Below are positions 51,972 through 64,000 of a stretch of 64,000 nucleotides of DNA, piece after piece; position 1 is the first letter of the stretch; every line of letters starts with the position of its first letter. The stretch is from contig CAJINV010000017.1 in the NCBI GenBank assembly GCA_905178155.1, forward strand, positions 1,403,290-1,467,289, written 5' to 3'. A program made the position numbers and the translations under genes. The notes under the pieces are model-generated. The model ran no database searches. It was not told where the DNA came from and was given only the letters and a program-made list of their open reading frames with translations. This DNA comes from Amoebophrya sp. A120. Its lineage: Eukaryota > Protista > Dinoflagellata.

Positions 51972-52873
51972 TTTTTCCACTTTTGTTGACGTCAAATCGG
52001 TGCACTCGGGTCGTCAGAAGGCGTGCTGGTCTGCTGCTGCTGCTGACAATCAGCTGATGCTGGCGATCTGCGTGGAGATCAGCGCGGAGAAGCACTACTT
52101 CCCGGTCTCTGCGTCCGACGCCCCCGACCGCCCCTCGCCGTGTTTCGTTTCTGTTTCAGGCGCCCCCGACTGCCCCCAGAAGTACTGCCACTGAGGAGCC
52201 GGCGCGATGCTCACTGCTACGAGAATATTGGCGTCGAGATCTGCAACCTCGTCTCCCGAAGATGCCCGCGAGAGGGCGTTTGTCTTCAGACACGACGGAG
52301 CAGTGGTTTTTTTCCGAGATAAGCGCCTTCTGGTTCGCCCGAAAGTCGCTCTTGGGTCGTGTCTGAAGGAAAACCTACGCCCTTGCTCCCTGCCGGTGTT
52401 GTGTGGCCTCGGATAAAGACGCTTTACGGATGGAGGAGCGGCTGCTGCTGGTGGACTGCGCGCTGCGCGGGGGTGGGAGCGCTGCTGGGCGCGAGCCTGG
52501 ATGCGTCCAGTCGGTGCCGCCGTGCCGTCGCGACGGTGCTGCAGGATCTGGGGGGTAAAGATGTAAGTCGGCACAGCCAATAGCCCGTCCCTACGGGGCG
52601 CGTCGCAGGGTGAGAGATGCGCGGGAGACCATTTTTTGCTATGAAGTTCTTTACTTTTTTTGAGCGCAAAGCCGCTAGAGTAAACATACAACCTGCTTCG
52701 TGGACTTGGATTGCGTTGTGCCGTCCAGCTGTCCGAGATCTTGACTGGCGCCGCGCAGAACAACGCTGCCTCGTGAATGTCGGCTATCGCTGCAAGGTGA
52801 GGCGCTGGTGGTGGGGTCGTGGGCAGGTCGGGGTCGTTTCACTACCACCAACACGGCCGTGCTGCGCCGCTCA

Positions 52874-53554
52874 CTACTCTACGACCTGTGCCCCTTCGTC
52901 GACCGTGCCACCCGTTTCTCCTACTCGCCTGCTCTGCCTCAGCGCCCGCACCTCACGCCGCAGCTCCTCGTTGTTCTCCCGTAGTTGATCAAGTCTGTCG
53001 GCCACCTCCTTTGTAATCTTCTCCTCCAACCGGACCAGGAGCAGCGGGAGCGTCGAGCTGCCTGAGAATGGACTGTAGATTATGCTCACGACAAACGCCT
53101 TTGCTTCCTCCGAATTGCTAGCGATCCACTGGATGCGGATATAGGCTGCGGGCTCCGTCTCGTGGTCGTGCAGAAGGTCCTCCAGTGCGTTCGGCAGCGT
53201 TTTACTTGTAAGGAGACCCCACGGCGTTGATCCGTCAACGCTCAGAGCGACGAGCGGGTGCTGGGTGTTGAATCCATAGAGGAAATTTGCGTAGTCTCCG
53301 CGCTGCTTGGGTTGCCCCCTCAGCTCCCAACAAATGTCGGCCGTCGCGCGTCCCTCGTAGTCTTTCTCCTTCCGGACCAGAATTACGGGGTTCTGGGGGG
53401 TTAGCAAAAGCGGCACATGTGCAACGTCGGGAAGGTGTTGCCTCGTCTCCACTGTGCTGTTTTGAAACTCCTCCAGCTCGTCCTCACTGATGATGCCCCG
53501 CCTCACCAATTCTTCAAGCTCCGTGAGATCTCGACTCCTGGACAAGCGGGGCAT
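52874..53554 (-). CDS. 226-aa upstream ORF of the retrotransposon (SHOCT-like N-terminus, C-terminal coiled coil)
   Basis: ATG-initiated and same sense as pol. LTELEELVRRGIISEDELEE resembles a SHOCT motif; heptad region LEEKITKEVADRLDQLRENNEELRREVRAL. Confidence 0.6.
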   Translation of the reverse strand: MPRLSRSRDLTELEELVRRGIISEDELEEFQNSTVETRQHLPDVAHVPLLLTPQNPVILVRKEKDYEGRATADICWELRGQPKQRGDYANFLYGFNTQHPLVALSVDGSTPWGLLTSKTLPNALEDLLHDHETEPAAYIRIQWIASNSEEAKAFVVSIIYSPFSGSSTLPLLLVRLEEKITKEVADRLDQLRENNEELRREVRALRQSRRVGETGGTVDEGAQVVE

Positions 53555-54697
53555 GCGGATTGCGTGTTGCGCGACGGCTCGCTTGCTGTGTTGTGTGATG
53601 TGTGGATGGCGGCTCGAGTAGTTGGCACGTGAAGCAGCCTGCTGTCATAAAATCACCAACGACGGGCCCCGGGTATTCCTCGTGACAGGACGCCCGGACT
53701 ATGTCGGACCGCCTTGGATCACTGAAAATTGTGCTGCTCTATGATATCCACCACCAGCTGGCCACACCACACAATTATGCTGCTGTAGCTTGTTGCTGAC
53801 CTGCACTTTTCCCCCTAGGTACTCGCGAAATCACCACGAACAAACCCCGGACGCCTTCCGCTGACGTGGGCGCCCGGACTATGACGGTTCGATGTGGTTC
53901 ACTAAACTTGTTTGGGGAGCTGGGCCGAGGCGTTGTTGTTGCTTCTTACTTTGTTTTGGTGTAATAGGAAGAGGGGTGGCGTCATCTGCCGGCGTCTTGT
54001 TACTGTCGCTGCGCGTTGCCTCCACCCACCGATGAGTATGCGCGAAGGCACTATCAGGCCTTCCACTGCTCGTCTGTCGTTGGCGGCAACTCGGAAAGGG
54101 AAAAGAAAATAGCAGGACAATGCCACTGGGTGGTGGAGTGATGGTCTGGGTCAGTGGCCGGGGGTAGGCATGTTCTTTCGGTTTACAACAACTTACAACA
54201 ACTTACTTTCGCCAAGCCCATTATAGCGGTATATGCAACCTACTTACTGCTACATGAAAAATCACTAGTGCATTAGATCACTCTTTCACACAAGCTCGAC
54301 ATGGATCTAAGTATTTTTTTTTTAGACAAGAACAAGGTCAAGGATTCACAACTTTTTTTGAACACGAACTATAAAATATTAATTTGTGCATAGCAGCCTC
54401 TGCCTCATCAATCAGGATCTTCCACTGTCTGATGGTTCACATTCACGTCGCTTATTTCTTCCCTCTTGCATAAGCCTCAAATTTCTGCAGAGCTGTTCAG
54501 GACTCGAGGTTGCAGGATTTAGATTTAGGGTCAAACAAAGGGTTTAGCTTCAGGACTCCGATTTCGCTTTCGACGATTGAAAGGCATAGCGCGAAGAAGT
54601 AGCAGCGCGGCACTCTTTGTGTTGTAAAGCCTGACACGACTACGCAGCTGTTGCACAACTTGGCGCCCCATCTAAAGAAAAAGAAGAAGAACATACA

Positions 54698-57600
54698 ATG
54701 ACCGGCTCAAATACTAGCATTGTCCCATCGCGTGTGTCGGGCCCGGGCGAGGACCACTGGCTGTGGCTGCATCAGTGTGATGGATTGCGCGCGCAGTTGC
54801 GAGAGGCGAAGTGGGAGACGACATCAGAAGAATCGCATTACGTTGATTCCAAGACTGGGTCGACGTACGAGGGAGATTTCGACCGGGTAAGAGGCGGTCC
54901 TCACGGGTCGGGGCGGCTTGTATGTAGGAACACGTCTCCTCATTTTGAGTTCGAAGGTAAATTTTGCGAGGGGGAAGTTGCGGCTGCGGGCGAGTGTTGC
55001 ACAATCAAGTGGCAATGGCATCGGCAACGCTATTCACGACAGGAAACACAAACTACATTCTCGGCGAAGCAGACTCCAGTTGCAAGAACAGAAACTTACG
55101 AAGGAGCGCACCGCGGTGGTCTCCGTCATGGGCATGGCGTGAATACAATCAAGAAACACGGGACAGCGGACATCATCTATCATTATCAAGGTGAGTTTTG
55201 TGATGGAATGCGGCACGGCCGCGGAAAGGAGAAGATACACAACGCGTCGACGGAGACGGTGCCAGTCCCAGTGTCAGATTTGCTCGAAAACACGACTAAA
55301 AAAGTCACGGAAGTATCTGTTCCTGCTCGATGGAGTAGCGTATACGAAGGAGAGTGGAAAAATAGCGCAAAGTGCGGCTTCGGGAAGTACCAATGCAAAA
55401 GTCCCTTTCGAGATATCAAAGGACAAGACTGCCTCTCGCAAGAGACATATCAAGGCCAATGGGAAGCCGACTTGTGGCACGGGCACGGCGAATGCCAAAA
55501 GATAGAGACACACAAGAACTCAGCGGGGGCTGACATTTTGGTCATGGTCCGAGAGTATTGCGGCATGTACGAGCGAAACAAGGCATGTGGTGCAGGTGTT
55601 CGAAGAGTCAAAAAGCCTGACCACTCTTCAGGCAACCTTCGAATTGTTTTGGAGTACGACGGCGAGTTCAAGAACGGTGAGCCTCATGGCCATGGCAAAA
55701 AGAAAGAGTTGCTTTGTGAGCAAACTGCACTCACTGACTATAAGGCTACTACTTTTTATTCCTATTTCACCGGCGAATTTCGGGACGGTAAACAGCACGC
55801 GGGCCTAGAAACTTGGACAACGAACCTCGGCGTTGAGTGTTCCGTTCGTTGGGGGAACGGCGTTCGTCATGTTGAATCGAAGACACACGTAGCCCAATCT
55901 TATTACATACCAGCCACTCGTGCTCGTCCCTCTCCCTGCCCGGAAGGAACAGAGGCTGCCCATGTAGGCGCGAGGGAAGCAGCCCACGCTATCGCCATTC
56001 CGTCAGGACGAGCTCCTCATCAAATTGTTGGCGAAAGTGGTGCGGTTGCGGTATCCAAAATAAAGGCAATCTCGTCGGGACAAGCACGCGACGGCTTAGA
56101 TCAAGAGACGAAGCTGAGCCAACATCCTCACGATTCGAGATCATTGGACGGCTCCGTTTGTGTCTCGGAAGGAAGCACAGAGGGGTGCAAAACTCCAGAG
56201 AAAACGTACACCATGCATTTGCAAACCATCAATCCTGCAGGTTGGAGAAACGACGCATCGCGAGGAGAAAACTTTTACGTCAGGGTGAACCCAGATAACG
56301 GAGAAGAGCTTAATTACGAAGGCGGTTGGGATTGGCACGAAGGCGGCATGCACGGCCAAGGAAAATTAAGTCGATTTCCTGATCACCGCAATAATAATAA
56401 AAGTGATGAATCGGCGCAAATAATTATTGAAGGTCAATTTTGGCACGGAGATTGTCCGAACGAGTTTTGTCGTATCACGAAACCTAAACTGCCGAACGGA
56501 GAGCCCGGGTTCGTGCTCGAAGGTCCCCTCGTCAACGGCAAAATTCAGGGGCGTGGCGTTCACTTTTCGAAAAGTTTGTCCGGACTCCCACGATACGAAG
56601 GCGAGTTCCTAGCAGGACTGTATCATGGAGAGGGAGTTCTCACTGACTTTTTGCCGGATAGAAGAACTGACTGCGTAGATCAGTACAAAGGCAGGTTCCG
56701 TAGCGGCTACAAGGACGGCTACGGTGAGTCAACGATGATATCGATAATAGAAGGCCGACCTCAGTCAGCCATTGAGTGCCTTGGAGGCTATTTCGACTAC
56801 TTCAAAGACGATAGGCGAGAAGGCTCCAGTCATCTTCATGCGACTTATCTGCCGCAGTTCTCCGAGCAGTCCATTGGCGAGTGGAAGAATAACAAGATAC
56901 AAGATGGACGCGGGTTTTACAAGCTAAAAGAGCGCAGCACTTCCGCGGAGAGGAGATTGATTCGTGAGCACGAGTATAGCGGTGATTACCTGAACGGCAA
57001 GCGTCACGGCCGCGGACGCCAAGAGGAGACGGTGCACGTTGAGGCAGCACCTGGAGGTGCAGCTCATACCCCTTTCACAACCGTCTACGATGGAGAATGG
57101 CGTGATGGCAAGAGGTACGGCCGGGGCACCGCAACAACAGTAGACGGCGACGTTTTCACCTGTCTCTGGGAGGATGACAAACCTGCGCCACGTGTCGCCT
57201 TTCATCAGTGCCGCCTTTGCGATGCAAAACTTCCGAAGCTAGCAAGCGATGAAAAAGCACAAGGAGCATCATTGCAAGGAACGTCTGATCCGCTGCAAGC
57301 TTTGCAAATCACAGGTGAAGGCCGGGGAAATGGAATATCACATCCAGAACAAATGCGCGAAGCGGCAGGTGGAGTGCGAGCTGGGCTGCGGAGCTGTGTT
57401 CGCAAAAGAAAAGCAAAAGCACCACCAAGCTCACCAGTGCCCCAACCGCGAGATCTTTTGCGAAAACGTCTGGAAAGACGTCCGCTGCGACTGGGCCGGC
57501 CTTTTCGTCGATTTCGAAGCACACAAAGATCACGCCGCCTGCTGTCCTTTTGCCATGCAGAGCTGCGAGTGGTGTCTGGAAGTTCTGCCCCAGTTCCAGC

Positions 57601-58826
57601 TAGCCAGCCATACCTGCACGCCCGTATTTGAAGCCGACACTTGCGCTTGCTGTTTTCGTTCGTTCGCGGAGCTGCGCGAAGTCGAGAAGTCCCCGCCGGC
57701 GATTTTACTGGACGCGGACGGTAAACGGACATGCAAACACGAAAAGGAGCACTTCTGCATGCAGTGTGCAGAGAAGCAGCAAGCGCTGCGTGCCGAATGC
57801 ATGATCTGTCGGGCCGAGTTTGCAAGCATCACAGCACTGAGTGAGCATTTGTTGCTCGCGTCGGCGGAGACACAGGTGAGGAAGCCGCCTCTGATTTTTG
57901 GCGTGAACTCCTTTTTGGACAGTGTTCATTGGATCTCCCCGCTCGAAATTCGCTTTACCCACGACAGCGTCCGAGCTGTCTTTCGCCCATTCGAAGCAAA
58001 GATCCGGGAGCCGGGCACAGTAGGCGCGTGCACGAACGCAGTGGCAGGACGAGATGAAGAGATCACTAGCGCGAAAGCGACGCGGGCACCGTCTCTAACA
58101 ATGGGCGAGAGCGCGGGTGTCCTTGCAGCGAACAACAAGCATCAGCCCAAGAGAAAAACCATTTTCCGCGAGCACTGGTCGATTCTCGACTCGGCCACCG
58201 AGCTGATCCAGCGAAAAACCGCCTCAACTTCCCAAGTGCCGCCCGAACTAGAACTGCTCGAAGTTTGTTGGCACGAAGACCAGCTTTACTTGGCCGGCAC
58301 GGGGAACAGGCGCCTCACCATGTGGCGCATGCTGGTGGTGTTGAGGCCGGGGGAGTGGCAGAAGATCAAGGTGAAGGTCGTCGACAAAGCTGACCCGGCC
58401 GTGAAATTTGAGCAGAAACTCACGACCAAGTGTGCCGGCCTGTGGATTGACGTGCGCGGTTGTGGCGTTGTGGGGCGGCGGTTGGAAGAGGGGGCGGCGG
58501 AGGAGCCCAATGCGGTGGGCACTCGATCGCTACCCGGAGAGGCCGCTGTGATGTACACCGATCCCGGCATCCAGTGGCAGCAGGCGATTGATGTAATTCT
58601 ACAACGAGGAGGCAGTGCTGTAGAAGTGGCAGCAATCGCAGCGCACGCAGATGGTCGCGACGAGCAGGAGCAGCACGTGGAGGAGAACAAGAGCGCGAGT
58701 CCGTCGCGTCTACTAGGGAGAAGTGCTACATCCCCTGCTTCTACATCTCCTGATGATCATGTGGTGGTTGACGCATCTTCGGATGACGCATCAACTGGCA
58801 AATTCGACGACGTGGCGTCTGAATAA
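54698..58826 (+). CDS. MORN-repeat + TRAF-type zinc finger + RING-like protein, split by a frameshift near 57241 (possible pseudogene or sequence error)
   Basis: Many YEG.[WF]..G..HG.G MORN repeats in 54698..57200. The TRAF-like finger CRLC... continues as MKKH...C in the 57249..58826 frame. RING-like CACC...CKH...HFCMQC...CMICR. Confidence 0.75.
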
Positions 58827-59975
58827 CGAGTCGTGCTGATGAATTGTTGCAAGTTCTTACTGCTGTAATTATTTTTAGCATGGAAAGAAGAAGACGAAGA
58901 TCAGGCTCAGGATCTTTATGTGGAGACGCAGTCGTGGCATCGTCACTTCTTATCGCTCTCCCAGTTCCTCCCAAAGTCACTCCCTATTTTTCATTCACTG
59001 TATTGTTAAAAATCATAATCGGACAAGACATAGGAAGAACCCATACCCACATACCTTTAGTTTCGCGTCATGTCATTGATGAAACCGAAAATCCAGACGT
59101 CGCTGCATTGATGAAGGCGACCCACGTTCTCTGGCTCACTCGCCATCCGACATATCGAACGAAAGGAGCACAGCGCTCTGTTGTTCCGCTATTCAGATGA
59201 ATGAGTACTCGACGTGTTGTCCTCGCGAGAGAATTTTTAGTTGAGTCCCCGAAGGATATCATCAATCTTTGTTTGAGATCATGACATTGTTCTTCCTGTG
59301 CTCTTCGTATAAAGTGGTAGTGACCCCAGTAGCTGATGAAGCAAGACGATGCCCGAAGTGAGCTGAAGCCTTCAGACTAAAAAAGCTCTTTCGTTGTAGT
59401 ATGTGTTTACGTTTTGCGGTCTCGACGTACAAAACATTGTCTGCAGCCCACCTCGTACAACAATCTGAAACCGTTCTCGACTGCTCGTTCGCAACAAAAT
59501 AAAGCCTTATCTCGTGCTATTGCCGGTCTTCTATGTGTTATTCGTCCGTCTATGTGTGAAAGTAAGCCCGAAGAAGTGCCGTTTTTTACGCCCCAATAGA
59601 CTCCAATAGCCTCCCTCCTGCGTTCTTCATCAAGACTGCAAGACTGCAAGATTCTCGCAGGAACGAGATAATCCACCCACTTGTGACAAACACAAATAGC
59701 AGCTCACCCAAGGTCCGGTGACAATCCACCTTTTTTTAGCAAGCACGTCCTGGGAAGAGGTTTTTCAGCGAAGAACCGACGTGAACTAAGAAGCATAGAA
59801 GAACTGGTAGAATCAGCTCAACAAACCAAAGCTCAAGCTGCTAAACTGCATCCACGAATCCACAACAAACCCGTAGCCTTTTTTTTCTCTGGGAAGAAGC
59901 ACAGAGGGGAAGAACGAGGTTCTGTTTGTAGCATTTCTTTTCTTGAAAGACAAGGAAAGAAAACAAGCAAAAAAG

Positions 59976-61339
59976 ATGTTTCGAAACACGTTTCAGTCCG
60001 GGTTTCTGTCCATTCTGTACTCCGTGGGCTCAAAACCACTGCAGATATGGGACAAGAAGGTAAGAAGGGGGTTCCCATGCAAGACGTGCATCAAGAATAG
60101 CTTTTTTCATGCGGGAAATGCTTTTGAAAGACCTTCTATCGCTCGTCTGCATAGTTCCCAAAAAAAACCTATCTCAGGTAAGAAACGGTCACATCAAGAG
60201 GTTAACCGACAATGACATCCAGAGTTCGGTGTTGGAGATCATGGGAACGAACGTTAGCACGAACTTCATCTCCTGCCCAGCCGACCCGAAGCGAACACTC
60301 GGCATCAAGCTTCCGTTCTTGGTCATGATCATCAAAAACTTGAAGAAGTATAGTTTGAAGTTGTTATTTTATTTTTCCTTTTGACGACGTAAGGATTATA
60401 TGGATATGCTATAGAACCTGAACTTGTCACGCTGCGCAGGCGCAGCGCATTACAACTTTGTCGCAGCAGCCCATTTGTGATGCAGAAGTGCGATAGACAA
60501 ATGCATTCTGTGATACAACAAAATTGCCGACTACAGGTACTTCACCTTCGAGGTGCAAGTGTTGGATGACAAGAACATTCGCCGCCGCTTCCGGGCCTCC
60601 AACTACCAGTCCACCACCCGCGTCAAGCCGTTTATTTGTATAGTTTGCTATTTAGCATTAGATCGCGCATGGGAAATTTTGTGGACCATAATGCGGTTGA
60701 TATTTTCTGATGTTCGCTCCGATGAGTTGCATTTGTGATGCACATAATTCCACTTCAAAAACAGGCACGATGCCAATGCGATTGGATGAAGGATGGAACC
60801 AGATTCAGTTTAACTTGTCCGATTTCACCCGCCGCGCCTACGGAACCAACTACATTGAGACCTTGCGGGTACTTGTGATTTTCATTTTGTGTTTGAAAAA
60901 AACACGACGCATAGGCATTCCAACAAGTTTTTCTATTGCATGAAGTCGTCAGTGATAAATGACTTTGACAGACTGGGTAGCGCTTGTGTTGAAGATGAAT
61001 TTCTGATGCGAAAGTAAGCATAACAAACCCTTTTTCTTTAGGTGCAACTGCATGCCAACTGCCGAATCCGCCGCATCTACTTTTCCGACCGATTGTACTC
61101 CGAGGAGGAGCTGCCCCCGGAGTTCAAGCTCTTCTTGCCGGTCGCGAAGGGGTAAGCAACTTTTTTCTGATTGTATTGCGGAAATCGCATGACCAGCCTG
61201 ATTACGATTGCTAAAGATGCATGACAAAGACAAACGTCAATGAAGAAACATCTGGTTTTCTGTGAATACAGGTGCAGCATCACAAATAATTCACACTTAC
61301 AGCCAACAAGCCCCGGCTGCGGCACCGGCGGCGGCGTAA
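59976..61339 (+). CDS. CFAP20: Cilia- and flagella-associated protein 20 (BUG22)
   Basis: [36 protein letters not shown]...[17 protein letters not shown]. Exons 59976-60059, 60178-60347, 60537-60637, 60765-60868, 61042-61151 and a tentative 61303-61339 (otherwise it stops at 61155). Confidence 0.95.
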
Positions 61340-62079
61340 GATCTGACTCTGTCTACGATAGAAAAGTGTGAAGATGCAGAGTTGTGGTAGAAGCTGACGG
61401 AGCGTTGCAATTTCATGAAGAACAACATTGACGGGCACCACAGAGGATTTCTTTCGATGAAAAATCTATCTACTACAACGGAAAAAATTGGAACAAATTG
61501 TATCGACGGAAGAAAGAAGCAGAAGGGAGCATAGGGAAAAAGACAGAAACCAGAGGTAGGTACACGATTTGATTTCTATCTGCCCATTGGTAATTGTAGA
61601 ATGAAAACGTATGGAATATCTGTGCAAACGTAAATTGTAAGCGTAGCGTCCGACGATGACGAATTGTGACAAGAATACATTATCAGGTACCAAAAACGAC
61701 TGCAAGACGAGAAAGACAAATTACACGATGAAGCAACCGAATTGCTTCAAGCGCTTCTCGTTTCATCTCGATAACAAGCTGCGGTTTATGGTACCGTGAA
61801 AATACCGATTGGTGTCAGGGCCTTCATCTGCTGGAAAAAAGATGTCACGACAACTGCAGCAGCAACACACTTTCCACCCGCTCCACTTCTTTCACACCAA
61901 GTAACACGGACTTCTTCCAACTGGAACAACTGACGAGAAAGAAGAAAGTTCCTTCGTGCGTACAAAAAAAATCTGCAACAAAATCTTCATGTAATTGGGA
62001 CCGTTTTGCCAGCGCTATCCTGCTCATCACAAAGCGTTACAATATTCTTGTAAAAACACCAGAGCACTAATTTTTTACA

Positions 62080-62640
62080 GTAGCAGATCAGACACTCGTA
62101 AATCAGGTTTCTATTCGCGCAAAAGGTTTCAGTATGGCTTTTACTCTAATATCAGACACACAGTTTACTAGCAGATAATCATCAGACACAAAAAATCAGG
62201 TTTCGCTAGCAAAGGCTAAGAGCACAGTTAATTTGGTATAGAATCAGACAAGAAGAAGCGAGCCTGTCTATTTCATTTAGAGGCGAGAAGTAGATGAATA
62301 GCAGGGGAAAACTTCTAGAATCAGACACTTAATTGTTTCCGTTTATCAGACAAAAAAAGAACTTTTAGGTTCGAATCATCCGGTGTAATCCTAATCTTAA
62401 TCAGGCAGAAATAGAATCGTGGCAGACAACTTTAGCAGTTTAGCAGAATATTAGCAGATGAAGTTTTGAAGTTTTAGTTGCACAGCAGATTTACAGCAAA
62501 ACTCAGACTCAAGAATCCTAGTAGAACAGATCAGACAAAAAACGATTTAGCAGGTTTCGAACTCGACGTCCAGATAGTTTTCCACTATCGACGAGCAGAA
62601 TACAGCAAATTGCACAGAGAAAAAAATCAGACAAGGTTTC
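62080..62640 (+). repeat. Cluster of dispersed ATCAGAC/ATCAGG and AGCAG motifs with A/T tracts
   Basis: About 11-12 same-strand (A)ATCAG(AC/G) copies at irregular spacing in ~560 nt of ORF-free AT-rich DNA. Confidence 0.65.
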
Positions 62641-64000
62641 CTCTATAGTTTAAGTTTTTCAGAACGCGAGCCGTTCCTTGAAGTTAATGCCCCTAGTAGT
62701 ATTCAACTTGTAAAACTTTCACTATGTTGTGATTACAGATACGAGCACAACGCGATTCACCTACGTTGTTTTTCAGTATTACGCCGACGTATGCTAGCAG
62801 ACTGCAACAAAATGCGCTCGTGATCGTAGGAGTTACCTTTATCCAAGGGAGCTGCACGACTCGGGCCAAGTAGTGCTATTGAAATTTCTTATACTGAAAA
62901 TCATTCCAGGTTTATTCGCCTCGTGTCTGAAATGTAACTCAGTTATTGCGCTAGTCGGCAAAAACCTCTAGTCTAGTACTTCTCAGGCTACAGACAGCGC
63001 GTGATGTTTTACTTCATTTGAGCTCCGTTTATTATCAGCTGCACTACTTCTAAAGTACTACAGTTTTCTCCTTGTAAATTTCGAAAGCAGTACTCTGTAC
63101 AGGCAGTCGTGGGTTATCAATAGACTCTTCGTTATTCCAGAGACAGACATCGAGGATAGAGGCAATCGCAACAGCAAAAGAACGAAGCTCTGCACCCTAA
63201 TAACCTTTTGGTCGAGCAGCGCGCAATTGAGTTACGGGGCGAAAAGGAAAAGAACTACATGTTTGAAGATCAATTGCGATTCAAAACAAAAAGCGTCAAC
63301 AGCAAGCGAATATCCCCGTCTATGTCAGAAGGATGAAGAAAATGTCCAAAATATCCCGCAAAACAAAGTAAAGCCTCACCTTAGCTGGAAAGCCTCGCGC
63401 GTTGTTTTTCCACGTTCGCCCGAAGGTCGTCGAGGTCGAATGTGTATCTATATATCATAGGTAAATACTGAGGCATTGTTCTTAGTCGTTGCGTCCTATG
63501 TATTTGATCATAGGGCCAAGGATCGGTATAATTTTGAATCTGCGATACTTCGGTCTACAACTTCATTTGCCTCGGCCGCATCTAGTACTTGCGACTTTCG
63601 TTGTCACGAAATCGCCCATCGGTTTCGTGCGCATTGAAGATTTTTACAGCGTACTTTAAAAAAACTTATCGTGCAGCCTGCATGAAAACGAGGCATCAAC
63701 ACGCCACTTCGTCCAAGTGAGTTTTCGTTTGTCGGTCATCACGTTACTGCGAAGGATGTAGAAGTGCGCATTGTAGTACACATTTTACAGCTTGGGCCCC
63801 TGTTAAATAAGCGGCCGCGTAAGCTCTTTGTAATTGGTGCGTATTTCGCGTCTCGGATAATTTCACGAACAGTGCAGTGCACACCCTGAAACTTTCCCCA
63901 GGGTCGCAATATTTGGCAGCTTTCGCGCCCGCCGGTCGCAAGAACAAAAGCGGGCCAGCGATCCATCGTGGGTTGGCGCAGCTTTTGTGGCAGCGCCTTT

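Larger units (their letters stand above)
42064..54271 (-). mobile_element. Apparently full-length ~12.2-kb non-LTR retrotransposon (APE-RT-RNase H; Ingi/I-group-like)
   Basis: 16-bp target-site duplication ATTAGATCACTCTTTC at 42048-42063 and 54272-54287 (the last bases overlap the tail). (GAAA)n 3' tail at 42064-42081. Internal pol ORF. Confidence 0.92.

Noticed and set aside
59871-59878. CCGTAGCC upstream of CFAP20, resembling the dinoflagellate spliced leader
   Set aside because: Only 8 nt match; ATTTTGGCTCAAG does not follow.

Overview
Eukaryotic protist DNA. It is most consistent with a parasitic dinoflagellate of the Amoebophrya/Syndiniales type; this is inferred from compact co-oriented genes, short GT/GC-AG introns, flagellar genes and non-canonical introns with inverted repeats. 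Every recognisable host gene is on the + strand: a Rad21/Rec8-like kleisin, a 3226-aa degenerate 5'-nucleotidase-fold protein with a 15-copy repeat insert, two DM10+EF-hand paralogues, a putative membrane protein, an orphan paralogue pair, hexokinase, a SCOT/OXCT-type CoA transferase, a multi-YjbQ protein, DNAJC21/Jjj1, a frameshifted MORN-TRAF-RING gene and CFAP20. One DM10 gene needs two related ~310-nt introner-type insertions (long TIRs, 5-bp direct repeats, no GT-AG) removed around a 27-nt micro-exon. A 12.2-kb minus-strand non-LTR retrotransposon (APE-RT-RNase H-CCHC, 16-bp TSD, (GAAA)n tail) occupies 42064-54271. Its 3' end carries the most striking unexplained structure: four sense-strand GT-AG intron-like units, each 3n+1 nt long, three of them preceded by a GC hairpin, separated by exons with no stop codon in any frame. 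An intergenic sequence at 24679 begins with the exact U1 snRNA 5' end and is a candidate divergent U1. All calls are by eye; no searches were run.
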